Part shown: positions 49,807-63,538 of the stretch, piece by piece
How positions within the stretch are numbered: the first letter of the stretch is position 1
How the letters are laid out: each line of letters starts with the position of its first letter
Assembly: GCF_006345805.1 (NCBI RefSeq)
Contig: NC_042997.1
Location: 160,890,001-160,954,000, forward strand
DNA from: Octopus sinensis
Lineage: Eukaryota
Direction: 5' to 3'
DNA: 64,000 nt
Notes under the pieces: generated by a model
What the model was told of the DNA's origin: nothing
Seen by the model: only the letters and a program-made list of their open reading frames with translations
The model's database searches: none
Made by a program: the position numbers and the translations under genes

Positions 49807-51850
49807 AGAATTCCAACCTTGTCTGATTTTCACGTTTTATTTACAATCTTATAATGATATATTATAAGATAATATATTATAATTGAATAAATAAAATGAA
49901 ATAGTAGAATGTTAAATATTCATTCTGATTGAACTAGTACTTTCATGCATTGAATTCTGCAATCTTCGGGTTCATGTAGTAGTGTTGACAGTCATGCTTC
50001 ACAATTTTTGACTGTAGCAAGATGATTGATTCTGTGCTATAAATACAGCTGGGTAGGCTCCAGAGTGCTAGGTTGCAAACTGTATTCTGACCAATCAGTG
50101 TGTAGTATCACTCAATTACTTAAGCTGATTGGTTGGTTGAGCTGATTGGTTTAGGCATCACGCTTTGTTGGACATGTCAAGAGTCCTGTATCTTGACCCT
50201 GGCCGAAGCAGCAATTGTTGGGTTATTTTTAGAAATGTTGTAATATCCTTTGTCAGAGATTTTTATATTTTTATATTTCAATTGTCATCATCATCATTGT
50301 CAGCACCTTAATTATGTTGCTAGTGGTGATGGTGTGGCAATAGAACTTTAACCCTAAATAAGATAATTTTCCTGCTATCTTCGTCTTGATCACCTTTAGT
50401 ATTGTTGTTGTTGTTAGTGGTCATGGTCGTAGCAGTGGAAGTAATACCTCTAAGTATTATTATTATTATTATTTGCTTATTTAGCTTGGGTTCGAATTTA
50501 TCAATAAAATTCTTTTCTCTGATTTTCCTCTCGATTTCACTTGGGCTGTGTATTTGTAGAATGGAAATATTATATATATTTTCCGACCACATGTTGCTAG
50601 GTGGTTACTCAAAGGTATCTGAGGACCTCTGGGTCTCTAATCTGTTGCCGGTGTACACGTGAGCGTTCTAATAGTGCGTTTCCCGTCTGACCGACATATA
50701 TTTCTTCACAATTTGGGCATTTGATGCAGTAAATTAAATTTCTGCTTTTGCAGTTCATATTCGCGTTTGTGAATATTTTCCCGGTTTTTGTGTTTATATA
50801 TTGACCGGTATGTATGAATTGGCACATGCCAATTCATACATACCGGTCAATATATAAACACAAAACCGGGAAAATATTCACAAACGCGAATATGAACTGC
50901 AAAAGCAGAAATTTAATTTACTGCATCAAATGCCCAAATTGTGAAGAATATATGTAGGTCAGACGGGAAACGCACTATTAGAACGCTCACGTGTACACGG
51001 CAACAGATTAGAGACCCAGAGGTCCGTCAGATACCTTTGAGTAACCACCTAGCAACATGTGGTCGGAAATATATATAATATTTCCATTCTACAAATTACA
51101 CAGCCCAAGTGAAATCGAGAGGAAAATCAGAGAAAGAATTTTATTGATAAATTCGAACCCAAGCTAAATAAGCAATAATAATAATAATAATACTTAGAGG
51201 TATTACTTCCACTGCTACGACCATGACCACTAACAACAACAACAATACTAAAGGTGATCAAGACGAAGATAGCAGGAAAATTATCTTATTTAGGGTTAAA
51301 AGTTCTATTGCCACCACCATCACCACTAGCAACAATAATTAAGGTGCTGACAATGATGATGATGACAATTGAAATATAAAAATATAAAAATCTCTGACAA
51401 AGGATATTTACAACATTTCTAAAAATAACCCAACAATTGCTGCTTCGGCCAGGGTCAAGATACAGGACTCTTGACATGTCCAACAAAGCGTGATGCCTAA
51501 CCAATCAGCTCAACCAACCAATCAGCTTAAGTAATTGAGTGATGCTACACACTGATTGGTCAGAATACAGTTTGCAAAACCTAGCACTCTGGAGCCTACC
51601 CAGCTGTATTTATAGCACAGAATCAATCATCTTGCTACAGTCAAAAATTGTGAAGCATGACTGTCAACACTACTACATGAACCCGAAGATTGCAGAATTC
51701 AATGCATGAAAGTACTAGTTCAATCAGAATGAATATTTAACATTCTACTATTTCATTTTATTTTATTCAATTATAATATATTATCTTATAATATATCATT
51801 ATAAGATTGTAAATAAAACGTGAAAATCAGACAAGGTTGGAATTCTTTTT
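49803..51850. mobile_element. Head-to-head palindrome of a Penelope-like 3' end (GIY-YIG plus 3' UTR)
   Basis: Arms 49803-50824 and 50827-51850 with a 2-nt spacer (TTGGCA-CA-TGCCAA). Translation CQFIHTG..NCKSRNLIYCIKCPNCEEIYVGQTG..RSRVHRQQIRD..LSNHL..EKNFIDKFEPKLN. Confidence 0.95.
51678..51722 (+). ncRNA. Minimal type-I hammerhead-like motif (U4C core); mirror copy at about 49930-49974 on the minus strand
   Basis: TGAAC-CCGAAGA-T-TGCA-GAATTCAA-TGCA-T-GAA-AGTACT-A-GTTCA: stem I TGAAC/GTTCA, palindromic stem III AGTACT, CUA triplet. Confidence 0.55.
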
Positions 51851-52133
51851 ATTAATATATTCTTCTATACACAATCACACACACCCATATATATATATAT
51901 ATATTATATATATATATGTGTATGTATGTATGTATGTATGTATGTATGTATCTGTGTGTGTGTGTAGCCTATGCAGTAGATATATTAACAGAGCAAATTT
52001 ACTATACAATGATCAGCCTTAATTGACATTTGAACCTCACTGGATTCTCATCAGCAATGTCTACATCGTTATGACAACCAGTACACCCACCCACATTTAT
52101 ATATATATATATATATATAATATATATATATAT

Positions 52134-52210
<77 letters not shown>

Positions 52211-53255
52211 TATATTATGTAGTTGTTTGTTGGTTACGGCCGGTTAGGTAGTTACTATTGGTTTCCCCTATGGGATTGCGTGGAATGCTTATCTACTAAT
52301 CCAAAGAAGATCCTGCCTACGCATTTTTTTTTACGTTAAGCGAGAATGGTTGGGCAAAATAAAATACCTTACGGTATGTATTATAACTTTTATATCCTAT
52401 CTCTAACCTCAGTAAATTCTCTGGTGAACATAAGCGTCCTAACTAAAAAAAAACCTATACTGAATAGGGTGAGGCTGCCCTGCCTCTATATTTGTTTGCT
52501 TTAAACTATGAAATTACTGCATTAGTATTCCGCCATAAGAGGAGACTGTATGCACTCCTTATATCATTGTTGATCTTTATCAAAATATGTTTGCTCACCA
52601 GCCCGATATCCAATTTAATCAGGCGATACTTTGGGCTGGAGGCAGAATTCGGCTTGACGTGCGATGGTAATAGAAAGTATTTCTAAGTTACTTAATGAAT
52701 AACAAGGAAGCAGGAATTGCATAATTAGTTTCACTAGCGTATACCTATTCTCGTAAGTCTATGGTGACAAATAGATTAATAGACATATGTAAAATGTAGT
52801 CCGAATTAAAAGTATTAATTTTCTCAAGTAACTGTAATTGTCTACTTGTGACGAAATGGCTTTATAACAGTTAGATTCGACCCCACGTTTTGCCGTGCAA
52901 TCACAAATTGATCATGTCCGCAAACCTAATTTCAGTCCAATCAACTGCTGTTGTTCAAGTGATAGTCTGGCGGCATAACTAGAAATTTCCGTGAACAGAG
53001 CTGATTTGAACGCGTAAACCTCAGAGTGATTCCAGTCCTTGTTGGAGTTCACTTCCAACTCAACCTTTTCACATCTACATATTCAAACTGGCGTGATAAT
53101 TAAATAAAACAAACCACAACAACAAGAATATGTAGAGATGTGTAAAAATTTGAATGTCTGACTAAGAATGTTTGTACTTCTAATATACGTGGTTTCATCT
53201 GAATATTCCTCTTCTAATAGTATCTGAACACTTTTTGTGCTAATGTACCAACATA

Positions 53256-53435
<180 letters not shown>

Positions 53436-53894
53436 TACATAAAACAAGCCTTCTCCCTGTCTCGTCTCATAGATTAGAAGATAGTTTATCTGGGTGTTAG
53501 GAAAAGACTAGACAACCTATGCCATGAGAGAGATTGAAAAAATGCAGTGGCAAAGTCATATATATAAAGGAGAATTCTATTTAAAGTATGATAGGCGCAC
53601 AAATTGCAATTTGCCGCTAATGAGTATGCATGTAACGGTGCAAAGTACTAAAATTATTCCGGATTTTAAAATATCCTCCGGTTTTTCAACTCACCTAAAA
53701 GCCTCTGAGCATACAAGCGGATCATTTGTCAGTTTGAAGTATGCAGCGGATAAAAACAGCTACCTTGAGTGTCGCTTCATCTTCTAGAGACTGCAGTCAG
53801 CTGTTTCTCGAAGTGGATAATATAATTCAGAACATATTGCCAGCATGGTTAACATACGATTTCAATAATAATATTAAAAAGATGACATGATAGT

Positions 53895-53897
<3 letters not shown>

Positions 53898-53953
<56 letters not shown>
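53898..53953. repeat. (AG)n microsatellite ending about 55 bp upstream of the exon 3 acceptor
   Basis: Direct reading. Confidence 0.98.
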
Positions 53954-53957
<4 letters not shown>

Positions 53958-54007
53958 ATAATGAATTTCTGCATATGTTTGTCTCTATGATCCACTTTTC
54001 CTTTCAG

Positions 54008-54243
54008 GTCTGTTGCGAAGCAAATGGTTCCATGTTGGAGTCTGTAAAGATGTTAGTAAGAACGTCTTTGTATGGCAGAATGGAGAAGCACTTATAGTTT
54101 CTTTCTGGAAAAGCGGTTCCCCTGACAATTATGGAGGCAATCAAAAGTGTACAGCTTTGGATCCACGCGATGGTCACAAATGGAATGATATTGATTGTGT
54201 AACGGACCCCGGGATACATGTGTGCGAAATTGTTGTCCTTTAA
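54008..54243 (+). CDS. PAN/Apple plus C-type lectin protein, exon 3 (CTLD C-terminal half and stop)
   Basis: CTTTTCCTTTCAG| phase-1 acceptor; (S)LLRSKWFHVGVCKDVSKNVFVWQNGEALIVSFWKSGSPDNYGGNQKCTALDPRDGHKWNDIDCVTDPGIHVCEIVVL*. Confidence 0.92.
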
Positions 54244-54273
54244 CTGCATGGTTGAAAACAGGAAATGTATATA

Positions 54274-54308
<35 letters not shown>

Positions 54309-54480
54309 GGAGTTGTAGGGTACCGCACGAGTGGAATTATATACGAAAGAAGGTTTGAAAATGCAATTTTAAAAGATGTTTATTTACTTCACCGGTTTCA
54401 CTCTTTGAAAACAGATTGTCAAAAGTAACATGTAGAAGTTTGGTTGCGTTAATTATTGGTTGTTACAAAATGCTACATTA

Positions 54481-55110
54481 CATATATACAGTCTTTGGTA
54501 ACAAGGACATGTTAAGGACAAAAAACAGTTTAACAAGTTCCTTAAAATATTGGGCACAAAAGATTACAACATAAATAATCATTCTCAAGAACATGTTAAA
54601 GATAGTTTCCAGAAGGAATTATTAAAAAGTTCAGTGGGATATTGGTATTGTAACTGTATATTCAAACACGCACAGAATATTGGTTGACACAGAGTACTAC
54701 AATACATATATATACATTCTTTGATGACAAGAGCATGTTAAGAACATAAAAAAATTTAACAAGTTCATTGAAATATTGGGCACAAAAGATTACAACATAA
54801 ATAATCATTCTCAAGAACATGTTAAAGATAGTTTCCAGAAGGAATTATTAAAAAGTTCAGTGGGATATTGGTATTGTAACTGTATATTCAAACACGCACA
54901 GAATATTGGTTGACACAGAGTACTACAATACATATATATACATTCTTTGATGACAAGAGCATGTTAAGAACATAAAAAAATTTAACAAGTTCATTGAAAT
55001 ATTGGGCACAAAAGATTACAACAAATATATTATACATTCTCAAGATAATTTCCAGAAGGAATTATTAAAAAGTTCAGTGGAATATTGGTATACACGCACA
55101 GAATATTATG
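54481..55110. repeat. 226-bp tandem repeat, about 2.7 copies
   Basis: TGGGCACAAAAGATTACAAC at 54551, 54777 and 55003; third copy internally deleted. Confidence 0.93.
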
Positions 55111-55884
55111 AGTTCAAAAAGGTTTACATTATAATAGTAGGGAAGCTAAAACTGACCTGTCCACCATGTTAACGTAAAAGAATATTATCTATTTCAAGGG
55201 ACACTGTAGGTGTGTTTGAGTGGGGGGAAGGAAAGGAGGAGTAATGTGGAACTGAAAAGAATTTCTCCTTTTTGTCTCTCCTTCAAGCATCAATGATTTG
55301 GGGGATTGGCTTTAGAGGTCAGGATGGTTTGAGTGTGTGTGTCTTTGTGTGTGTGTGTGTGTGTATACATATGTGGTGTGAATAGATGTATCTGTGTGTT
55401 TGTAAAATCTGGTAGGATGGTGTGTGTATATGTGAACTCGTTTGTCAACCGTGTGTGTGATTGTCTTGGTGTTGTGAGTGTGTGTGTGTATGTATGTATG
55501 TGTGTGATATATATATATATATTATGTTTATTATATTATGAAGATATAAATCTATATCTATATGTATCTATGTGTATAAATATGAATGTATGTATTATGT
55601 ACGTGTGTGCGCGCGCGCGTGTGTATAAGAAGTTGAAAATGTCCTGCGATTCGTTCAGATTTCTTTTTTTAACCGCTTTCACAGATTTTTCTGATTTTCA
55701 AAAGTTGAGATAGAAAGACATGGAACTGTGCTGCAATTGTCTCTCTTCTTATTGGGGTTTAAAATATCCTCTTGTTTTTATACGAAGAACGTGGCTCAAA
55801 TTAGTATGTGTTTCGGATACGTTTTCATCGGCTGATGATGATCACGCGATTAAGTTTATGTATGTATGTATGTATGTATGTATG

Positions 55885-55918
<34 letters not shown>

Positions 55919-55922
55919 TGTG

Positions 55923-56067
55923 ACAGACGTCTTTCAGTTTCTGCCTAACAAATCAGCTCAAGAGGATTTGGTCAACCGTGGATGTAATAGAAGACATTTT
56001 TCCTCGGTGCCACACAGTGGGACTGAAACCAAAACCACATGCTTTGGAACCAAGCTTCTTATCACAC
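55923..56067 (-). mobile_element. SINE family B-related, degenerate 5' part
   Basis: TGTGTGATAAGAAGCTT..TTCAGTCCCACTGTGTGGCACC..GCAGAAACTGAAAGA on the minus strand. Confidence 0.7.
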
Positions 56068-56209
56068 ATCCATACACACACACACACAAACACACACACG
56101 CATACGTCTACTAATACTTGTTATAATTTTGAATTACAATAAAAACAATTTTACATTAATCTGTTGAATTACTTTTTGTAGAGTTCATATTACTCTTTAA
56201 CAAGAGTAA

Positions 56210-56400
56210 TGTATGTATTATGTATGTATGTATGTATGTATGTATGTATGTATGTATGTATGTATGTATTATGTATGTATGTATGTATGTATGTATGTAT
56301 GTATGTATGTATTTATGTATGAATGTATGTATGTATGTATGTATGTATGCATGTATGTATGCATGTATGTATGTATGTATGTATGTATGTATGTATCTAT
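56210..56400. repeat. (TATG)n microsatellite
   Basis: Direct reading. Confidence 0.98.
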
Positions 56401-58071
56401 GTTTGTTTGTATGTGACAGACTTCTTTCAGTTTCTGTCAAACAAATCAGCTTCAAAGTTTTAGCTTGCTAGGCCATCATCGATTTGTGGTACATTTGAGT
56501 TCATGTTGACGTTGAAGCTTTAACTGGTTCTCTGTTGAATGATAGTGTGGGATAAGTTGTGATGAATATGTTTTAATTGATGAATAGAAGATTTTATTGA
56601 TTAAATTTGAAATCGTGTTATTGTTCAGATTTCAGTCATAGATATAGAATTTTGCAATCAGGCGTGTCTATTTGGGAGTGTTAGCTTCAGGTCATGGAGT
56701 TGGTGTCAGGGGTCCGGAAATGATACATAGGTAAAAACGCGGTTTGTTGGTCACCAGATGAATTACTGGTTTTTTGTTGTTGGTTTATTCGGATACTAAT
56801 GGTAGATTTAACCTTTTGTTCCTAGTAATATGCAGGTTACAATGATAGTTCAGTCAAGCGTATAAGCTTTTGTAATTAAGCGTGTTTATTTAGGTGCGTC
56901 AGCTTTTAGGTCATAGATTTTTTAAGGATTCACAAAAGAGTATGAATAGACGAAAAATTTTGTTGTTCAGCATATTCATTTGCTTGTTAGTGGTGTTATT
57001 TAGGATATTTCTTATTGTTGGTGTCACATGGGAGGTTTACTCTGTTTTGGGAAGAGTAAATTTTCTAAATAGTAATGATCTAATGTATAGAACAATTAGC
57101 CTTAACTAACCTTCCTACATTCATTTGTGAATATTGAAGCACCAACTAAACAAATTTCTATACTAAGAGCATTATGACAAAGTTGACACACCTAAGTACA
57201 AAATCTTACATAGTTGATTGATAACCTCCACCTAGTTGATGGGTTAGCGGGCCGAAAACTTTGAAGTGACTTTCGATACTATTTTTGTTAAAGAATTAAA
57301 TCATATGTGTTTGTGTGTGTGTTTCTGTGAGTGTACATGTGTGCGTGTATGCGCGCATGTATGTATGTGTGTATATATATATAATATATATTTCTATATT
57401 AATAGAAATTGCAAGACAACAAAATTATGAAAGAGACCTCGATATTATGTAAATAGAGGAATTTTATCTGTAAATATATGTGACAATTATTCGGTAGCCA
57501 TGATAAAACTCCGAGTTTCGAATGTCGGGGCGGAAACCCATGTCGGCAACTCTTCGGTTATCGGGCAACCGAAAAAAATGCTATGAAAATGACCGTTACA
57601 ACAAAAAGAAATTACTATGTGATTGACCGCTATTAAGACAAAGGCGCTATTAGAGTGACCGCTAAGTACCGGGAGGGAGTAAAGGTAAGAGAGTAAAAAT
57701 GTTCATAGTAGTTGTGTAAGCGCGCATGTCCATACATACACATGCGCGCCCGCACACCCAGGTACATGCGCCTATATATATATACTCATCCACCCTCACT
57801 TGAAACACACACATACTCACCCACACATTCGCCAAAAAATATATACATACCCGCATACACGCTCACGCACATACACGCACGCACAAAAAACGTTCATACA
57901 CACGTCTATATACGCACATGCACAAGAAAAAAAATAGGGCTAAAGGCAAAATACAGAAAAATGTGTTAAAAAGTGTAAAAAATAAGCGATAAGAGTAAAA
58001 CACGTCTATATACACACATGTCTGCAGGTATGTGTGTATATTGACGTGTGTGCGTGCATGCAATTATTGCG

Positions 58072-58461
58072 TGGAGACGCAATGGCCCAGTGGTTAAGGC
58101 AGCGGACTCGCGGTCGTAGGATCGCGGTTTAGATTCCCAGACCGGGCGTTGCAAGTGTTTATTAAGCGAAAACACCTATAAGCTTCACGAGGCTCCGACA
58201 GGGAGTGTGTGGGCGAACCCTGCTGTACTCTTTCACGATAACTTTCTCTTACTCCTTCTTCCTGTTTCTGTTGTACCTGTATTTCAAAGTTGTACCTGTA
58301 TTTCAAAGGGCCAGCCTTGTCACGCTGAATCTCTCCAAGAGCTACGTTAAGGGTACACGTGTCTGTGGAGTGCTCAGCCACTTGCACGTTAATTTCACAA
58401 GCAGGCAGTTCCGTTGATTGGATCAACTGGAACCCTCGTCGTCGTAACCGACGGATTGCCA
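58072..58461 (+). mobile_element. tRNA-derived SINE sharing its 3' module with family C
   Basis: Head GGAGACGCAATGGCCCAGTGGTTAAGGCAGCGG..GGTTTAGATTCCC; 3' ~190 bp matches 47630-47810 in reverse. Confidence 0.88.
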
Positions 58462-58883
58462 GAAAAAAAAATATAAACGTCTGTGATTTTGATGTGGATT
58501 AAGGAACTACTGTGATTTCAGAAGCCTTAAAAATTAGCGTAAAGCTTTACCTGTTGATAAATTTTGACATAGACCAAGTGATGGCAATATTCTTCGAATA
58601 TATCTTCTAATAGTTCTGTTTTTTATTTTTCCTAAATGCGGACAGCATAATTATTATTTCTTTCATACATTCCGTTATATGATTTAGAAGAGTAATTAAT
58701 ATCGTAAATACTTGCTAAGTTAATGATATGGTTAATGATATAAATTTCTATGCGGCATGATTTTTTATTCTACCCATTGCACATACCATCCCTGTCTTTA
58801 TTTTTTACAGTTTAAAGAAATATGTGTAGGTCTGCAAAATAGGTGAGGATGGACAAAGGTGCTAAATAGGCGGGTTTTGAATA

Positions 58884-58944
<61 letters not shown>

Positions 58945-58964
58945 TCTTCCTCTGCCAAACGATG

Positions 58965-60169
58965 ACTTTCGACAAGCCCGAAACTGTAAAAACCTGGCAA
59001 TCTAGAGTCAATAAAATCTTGGAAGGCTTGTTTTACAGCATCATCGGAATTCAAACTTTTCCTATCAAAATGTTATCCAAATTCCAGAAGAAGTGGTAAT
59101 CGGTGGGGGCAAGATCAAGTGAGTATGGTGGATGATGGAGAAATTCCAACTCCAGCTCCTGTAGTTTCGCCAATGTTATTTTTGCGATGTGTGGTCTGAC
59201 GTTGTCTTGCAATTAAATAGGTGGATTTGTTGACTAATCTAGGCTGTTCTTTTTTTGTAAATTTCTGCATCATTTGGTCCAGTTGGCTGCAGTATACTTC
59301 AGCTGTGATTGATGAGCCATGTTTAATGAAATTATAATGGATCACACCTGCGCCAGACCATCAAACAAACACCATCAGCTTCTTTTGATGAATTTTGCTT
59401 TTTGGACTGTGTTTTAGTGGCCCGTCTTTGTCCAGCCATCGTGCTGAATATTTACGGCTGTTGTATTTAATCCATGTCTCATCACATGTTACAATTCGAT
59501 TCAAAAATGATTAATTTTTGTGACGAGAAAGTAGCATAATACAGGCTTCCGAACTTTGATGTTTCTGATTTTCATTGATTTCATGTGGAACCCATTTATC
59601 CAACTTTTTCACTTTACCGATTTGAACTAGGTGAGTCAATATTGTGTTTGCTTGCTAACCCCAAACAACAACGATAATTCACGGGCATTTTGAGATGGAT
59701 CTGACTGGACGATGGCCTTCAGTTCGTCAGTGTCTACCTTTGTTTCTGGTCGACCGCGTTGCTCATTTGTGAGGTCAAGTTACGAGAACGAAATTTTGCA
59801 AACCAATTTGATACTGTCAGCTGTGTAATAACATTAGAATGAAATACCCCATTAATATTCCGAGCCGTCTGTGATGCTGTACTTCCAAGAAAAACTCATA
59901 TTTCAAAATTGTACGAATTTCCGACTTATCCATCTCTAAACTCATATTTCAAAACTGTACGAATTTCCGACTTATCCATCACTAAACAAAGATAGCAATT
60001 TATAGACGATTTATAAATACTTTATAAATCGCAAAATTAGCTAGAATAAAGGAATAGATGTGTCAGCTTTGTACCAAAATATATTGTCAAAATATAATAA
60101 TGGCGCAAAATGAGCAGCTGTCAAAGTTTACCATATACCTTACTACAAATTTCATACTGAACGACCTAA
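58965..60169 (-). mobile_element. Near full-length mariner element, degenerate
   Basis: TIR TA|TTAGGTCGTTCAG; ITAEVYCSQLDQM..HPPYSLDLAPTDYHFF..DAVKQAFQDFIDSR; 46-bp internal tandem duplication at about 59897-59985; 3' end lost at an (AG)n tract. Confidence 0.92.
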
Positions 60170-60299
60170 TATAATCAGGCAGAGCATGATGGTACAGCAA
60201 TATGTTCTCAAAAGAATCAAACTGGTACGATTTCAATGCATTTATAAGGACTGCTTTTTTCGAATCTGTACTTGTACAGTAGAATTGACAGAATGAAGC

Positions 60300-60342
<43 letters not shown>

Positions 60343-60355
60343 GATGATGATGAGG
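60300..60355. repeat. (GAT)n microsatellite
   Basis: Direct reading. Confidence 0.97.
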
Positions 60356-60609
60356 AGGATGAATTTCTGTGCTTACATTGTCAGTAGAAACAGCACTGCA
60401 TCAGAAAACCCAATAATATATTTGATGAAGAATATTGAACACACACACTACGCGTGCGCGCACACACGCACACACCAGCTTGATCCGTTAACACACGGCG
60501 TGGACGGTTCTACGATACCCCACGTGATAGTGAGCGGGTTATTATCAGCCTTCATGTCTCAGATATGGTCAGCTGAGATCTGTGTGTCAGAAAGAAGACT
60601 GTTTGCTGG

Positions 60610-60985
<376 letters not shown>

Positions 60986-61800
60986 GATAGACAGACATTT
61001 CTTTTTACTATATTATTTTATATCTTATACTAATATTAAAATATTATAAATAAAATGTGAAAAACAGAGTTGAAATTCCTTTGAGTAATATATGTATATA
61101 TACATGTATATATATGTATATATATATATATATTATATATATATATATATATTTATATATATGTGTGTGTGTATATATATATGTATACATATGTATGTGT
61201 ATATATATGTATATGTATGTATATACGTACACACATACTTACATACATATACACACACACACACCACACACACACACATATATATATATTATATAGAGGG
61301 CATTATTACACATAAATACCACACGCTATGAGGGACTTTTAAAGTCAAAACTACTAAAATAAATAAACATATCGTACCGAATGCAACTCTCGAAGCAAGT
61401 CATTTAAAAACAGAATTCAGCTGCAGATCACCTGTGATTTAGTAATCAGTGCAGTGATTTGCAGTCTTTACTCCTCAGTGCAAGCATAATTCGAGATTTA
61501 TAATGAATGAACAAAATCAGCATACCAGACGAACAACCATCGTATCCATCGTAGTATATAGAACTGTTCACCCCTTATACATCTATGTAAATGGCGGGCT
61601 TTTTCGAATTGCATTTCGGTAACAACGTGCATATTCGGAATGAAAATTCAGTATTGAATATACTCCGGTTAAATTTATAATTTAAAAATAGGATAAAATC
61701 TTCATAAGAATCTATCATTACGTGTAATAATACCCTCCTTATAATATAAATAAATATATGTAAGTGAAAATATTTGTGGATTTCTTCTCTTATGAGGTTT

Positions 61801-61876
<76 letters not shown>

Positions 61877-61880
<4 letters not shown>

Positions 61881-62690
61881 AGAAATTAAATATAAAATAT
61901 AAATTACAAAGTGGGACAAGAACGCAAAAACACACAAGGAGACGACACAAAAAAACAGACGGGTCACTCGAAGCCTCTAATCTTCAGTCGGGAACCGGAT
62001 CATCTTAGTAATTTCCGCTGTTTAATCTCGATTTTACTCCGACCCGGCCAGCCCCAAGGAAAAACCAAGCCACAGGCATTGGATTTCTTGGAAAGAGGGT
62101 CGAATTTATACGGAACAAAGACAGAATGCCACACGAATATAAATACAAGAAACAAAAATATATATAAAAAAAAACAGAAATAAAAAACACGAATGGTGGA
62201 CAGTACAAGGACAGGAGCGTCTTACGACTTTAGACAATTTTTAACTTATCTTGGCTGGCGTATATGAAAAAAGCCTTCAACGGCAAAAACGAAAACAACG
62301 TGAGCGTGGCCGCGGTCAGGCCGAAATGACCAGTTTGAACGCGGTCACGTGAGAGCACGGAAGAAAGAGAAAGAAAAAAGAAAGGCAGGGAGCAAGGAAT
62401 CAAAGAGAGAGGGAAAGAAAGGGACGAAGGCACCAGGGGAGAGAGAGAGAGAGAAGGGAGTAATAAGAGAGGGGAGAAGAAACAGGATTGGCACAGCAAT
62501 AGAAATGACGGTGCAAATAAGGTGGGGGAAGAATCAGAGGCAAGAAAAGAGAAAGACACATACTATAGAGAGAGTGTGTAAAGACGTCGTACAAGGTAAA
62601 AATGTGTAGTATACATAGGAGATAGGGGTACGTAACGCCGCAATAATATATGTATAGAAATCAAATATAAAATATAAATTACAAAGTGGG

Positions 62691-62736
<46 letters not shown>

Positions 62737-63538
62737 TAAATATAAAATATAAATTACAAAGTGGGACAAGAACGCAAAAACACACAAGGAGACGACACAA
62801 AAAAACAGACGGGTCACTCGAAGCCTCTAATCTTCAGTCGGGAACCGGATCATCTTAGTAATTTCGGCTGTTTAATCTCGATATTACTCCGACCCGGCCA
62901 GCCCCAAGGAAAAACCAAGCCACAGGCATTGGATTTCTTGGAAAGAGGGTCGAATGTATACGGAACAAAGACAGGATGCCACACGAATATAAATACAAGA
63001 AACAAAAATATATATAAAAAAAACAGAAATAAAAAACACGAATGGTGGACAGTACAAGGACAGGAGCGTCTTACGACTTTAGACAATTTTTAACTTATCT
63101 TGGCTGGCGTATATGAAAAAAGCCTTCAACGGCAAAAACGAAAACAACGTGAGCGTGCCGCGGTCAGGCCGAAATGACCAGTTTGAACGCGGTCACGTGA
63201 GAGCACGGAAGAAAGAGAAAGAAAAAAGAAAGGCAGGGAGCAAGGAATCAAAGAGAGAGGGAAAGAAAGGGACGAAGGCACCAGGGGAGAGAGAGAGAGA
63301 GAAGGGAGTAATAAGAGAGGGGAGAAGAAACAGGATTGGCACAGCAATAGAAATGACGGTGCAAATAAGGTGGGGGAAGAATCAGAGGCAAGAAAAGAGA
63401 AAGACACATACTATAGAGAGAGTGTGTAAAGACGTCGTACAAGGTAAAAATGTGTAGTATACATAGGAGATAGGGGTACGTAACGCCGCAATAATATATG
63501 TATAGAAATCAAATATAAAATATAAATTACAAAGTGGG

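Noticed and set aside
54481-55110. Regularly spaced repeats considered as a CRISPR array
   Set aside because: Whole units are duplicated with no unique spacers; eukaryotic context and no cas genes.
56460-57110. Possible further Penelope remnant on the minus strand
   Set aside because: Composition is suggestive but no diagnostic motif could be read.
61960-61990. CTGAAGA on the minus strand of the tandem element as a hammerhead core
   Set aside because: Followed by TTCGAGTG rather than GAAA, with no stem I or III.
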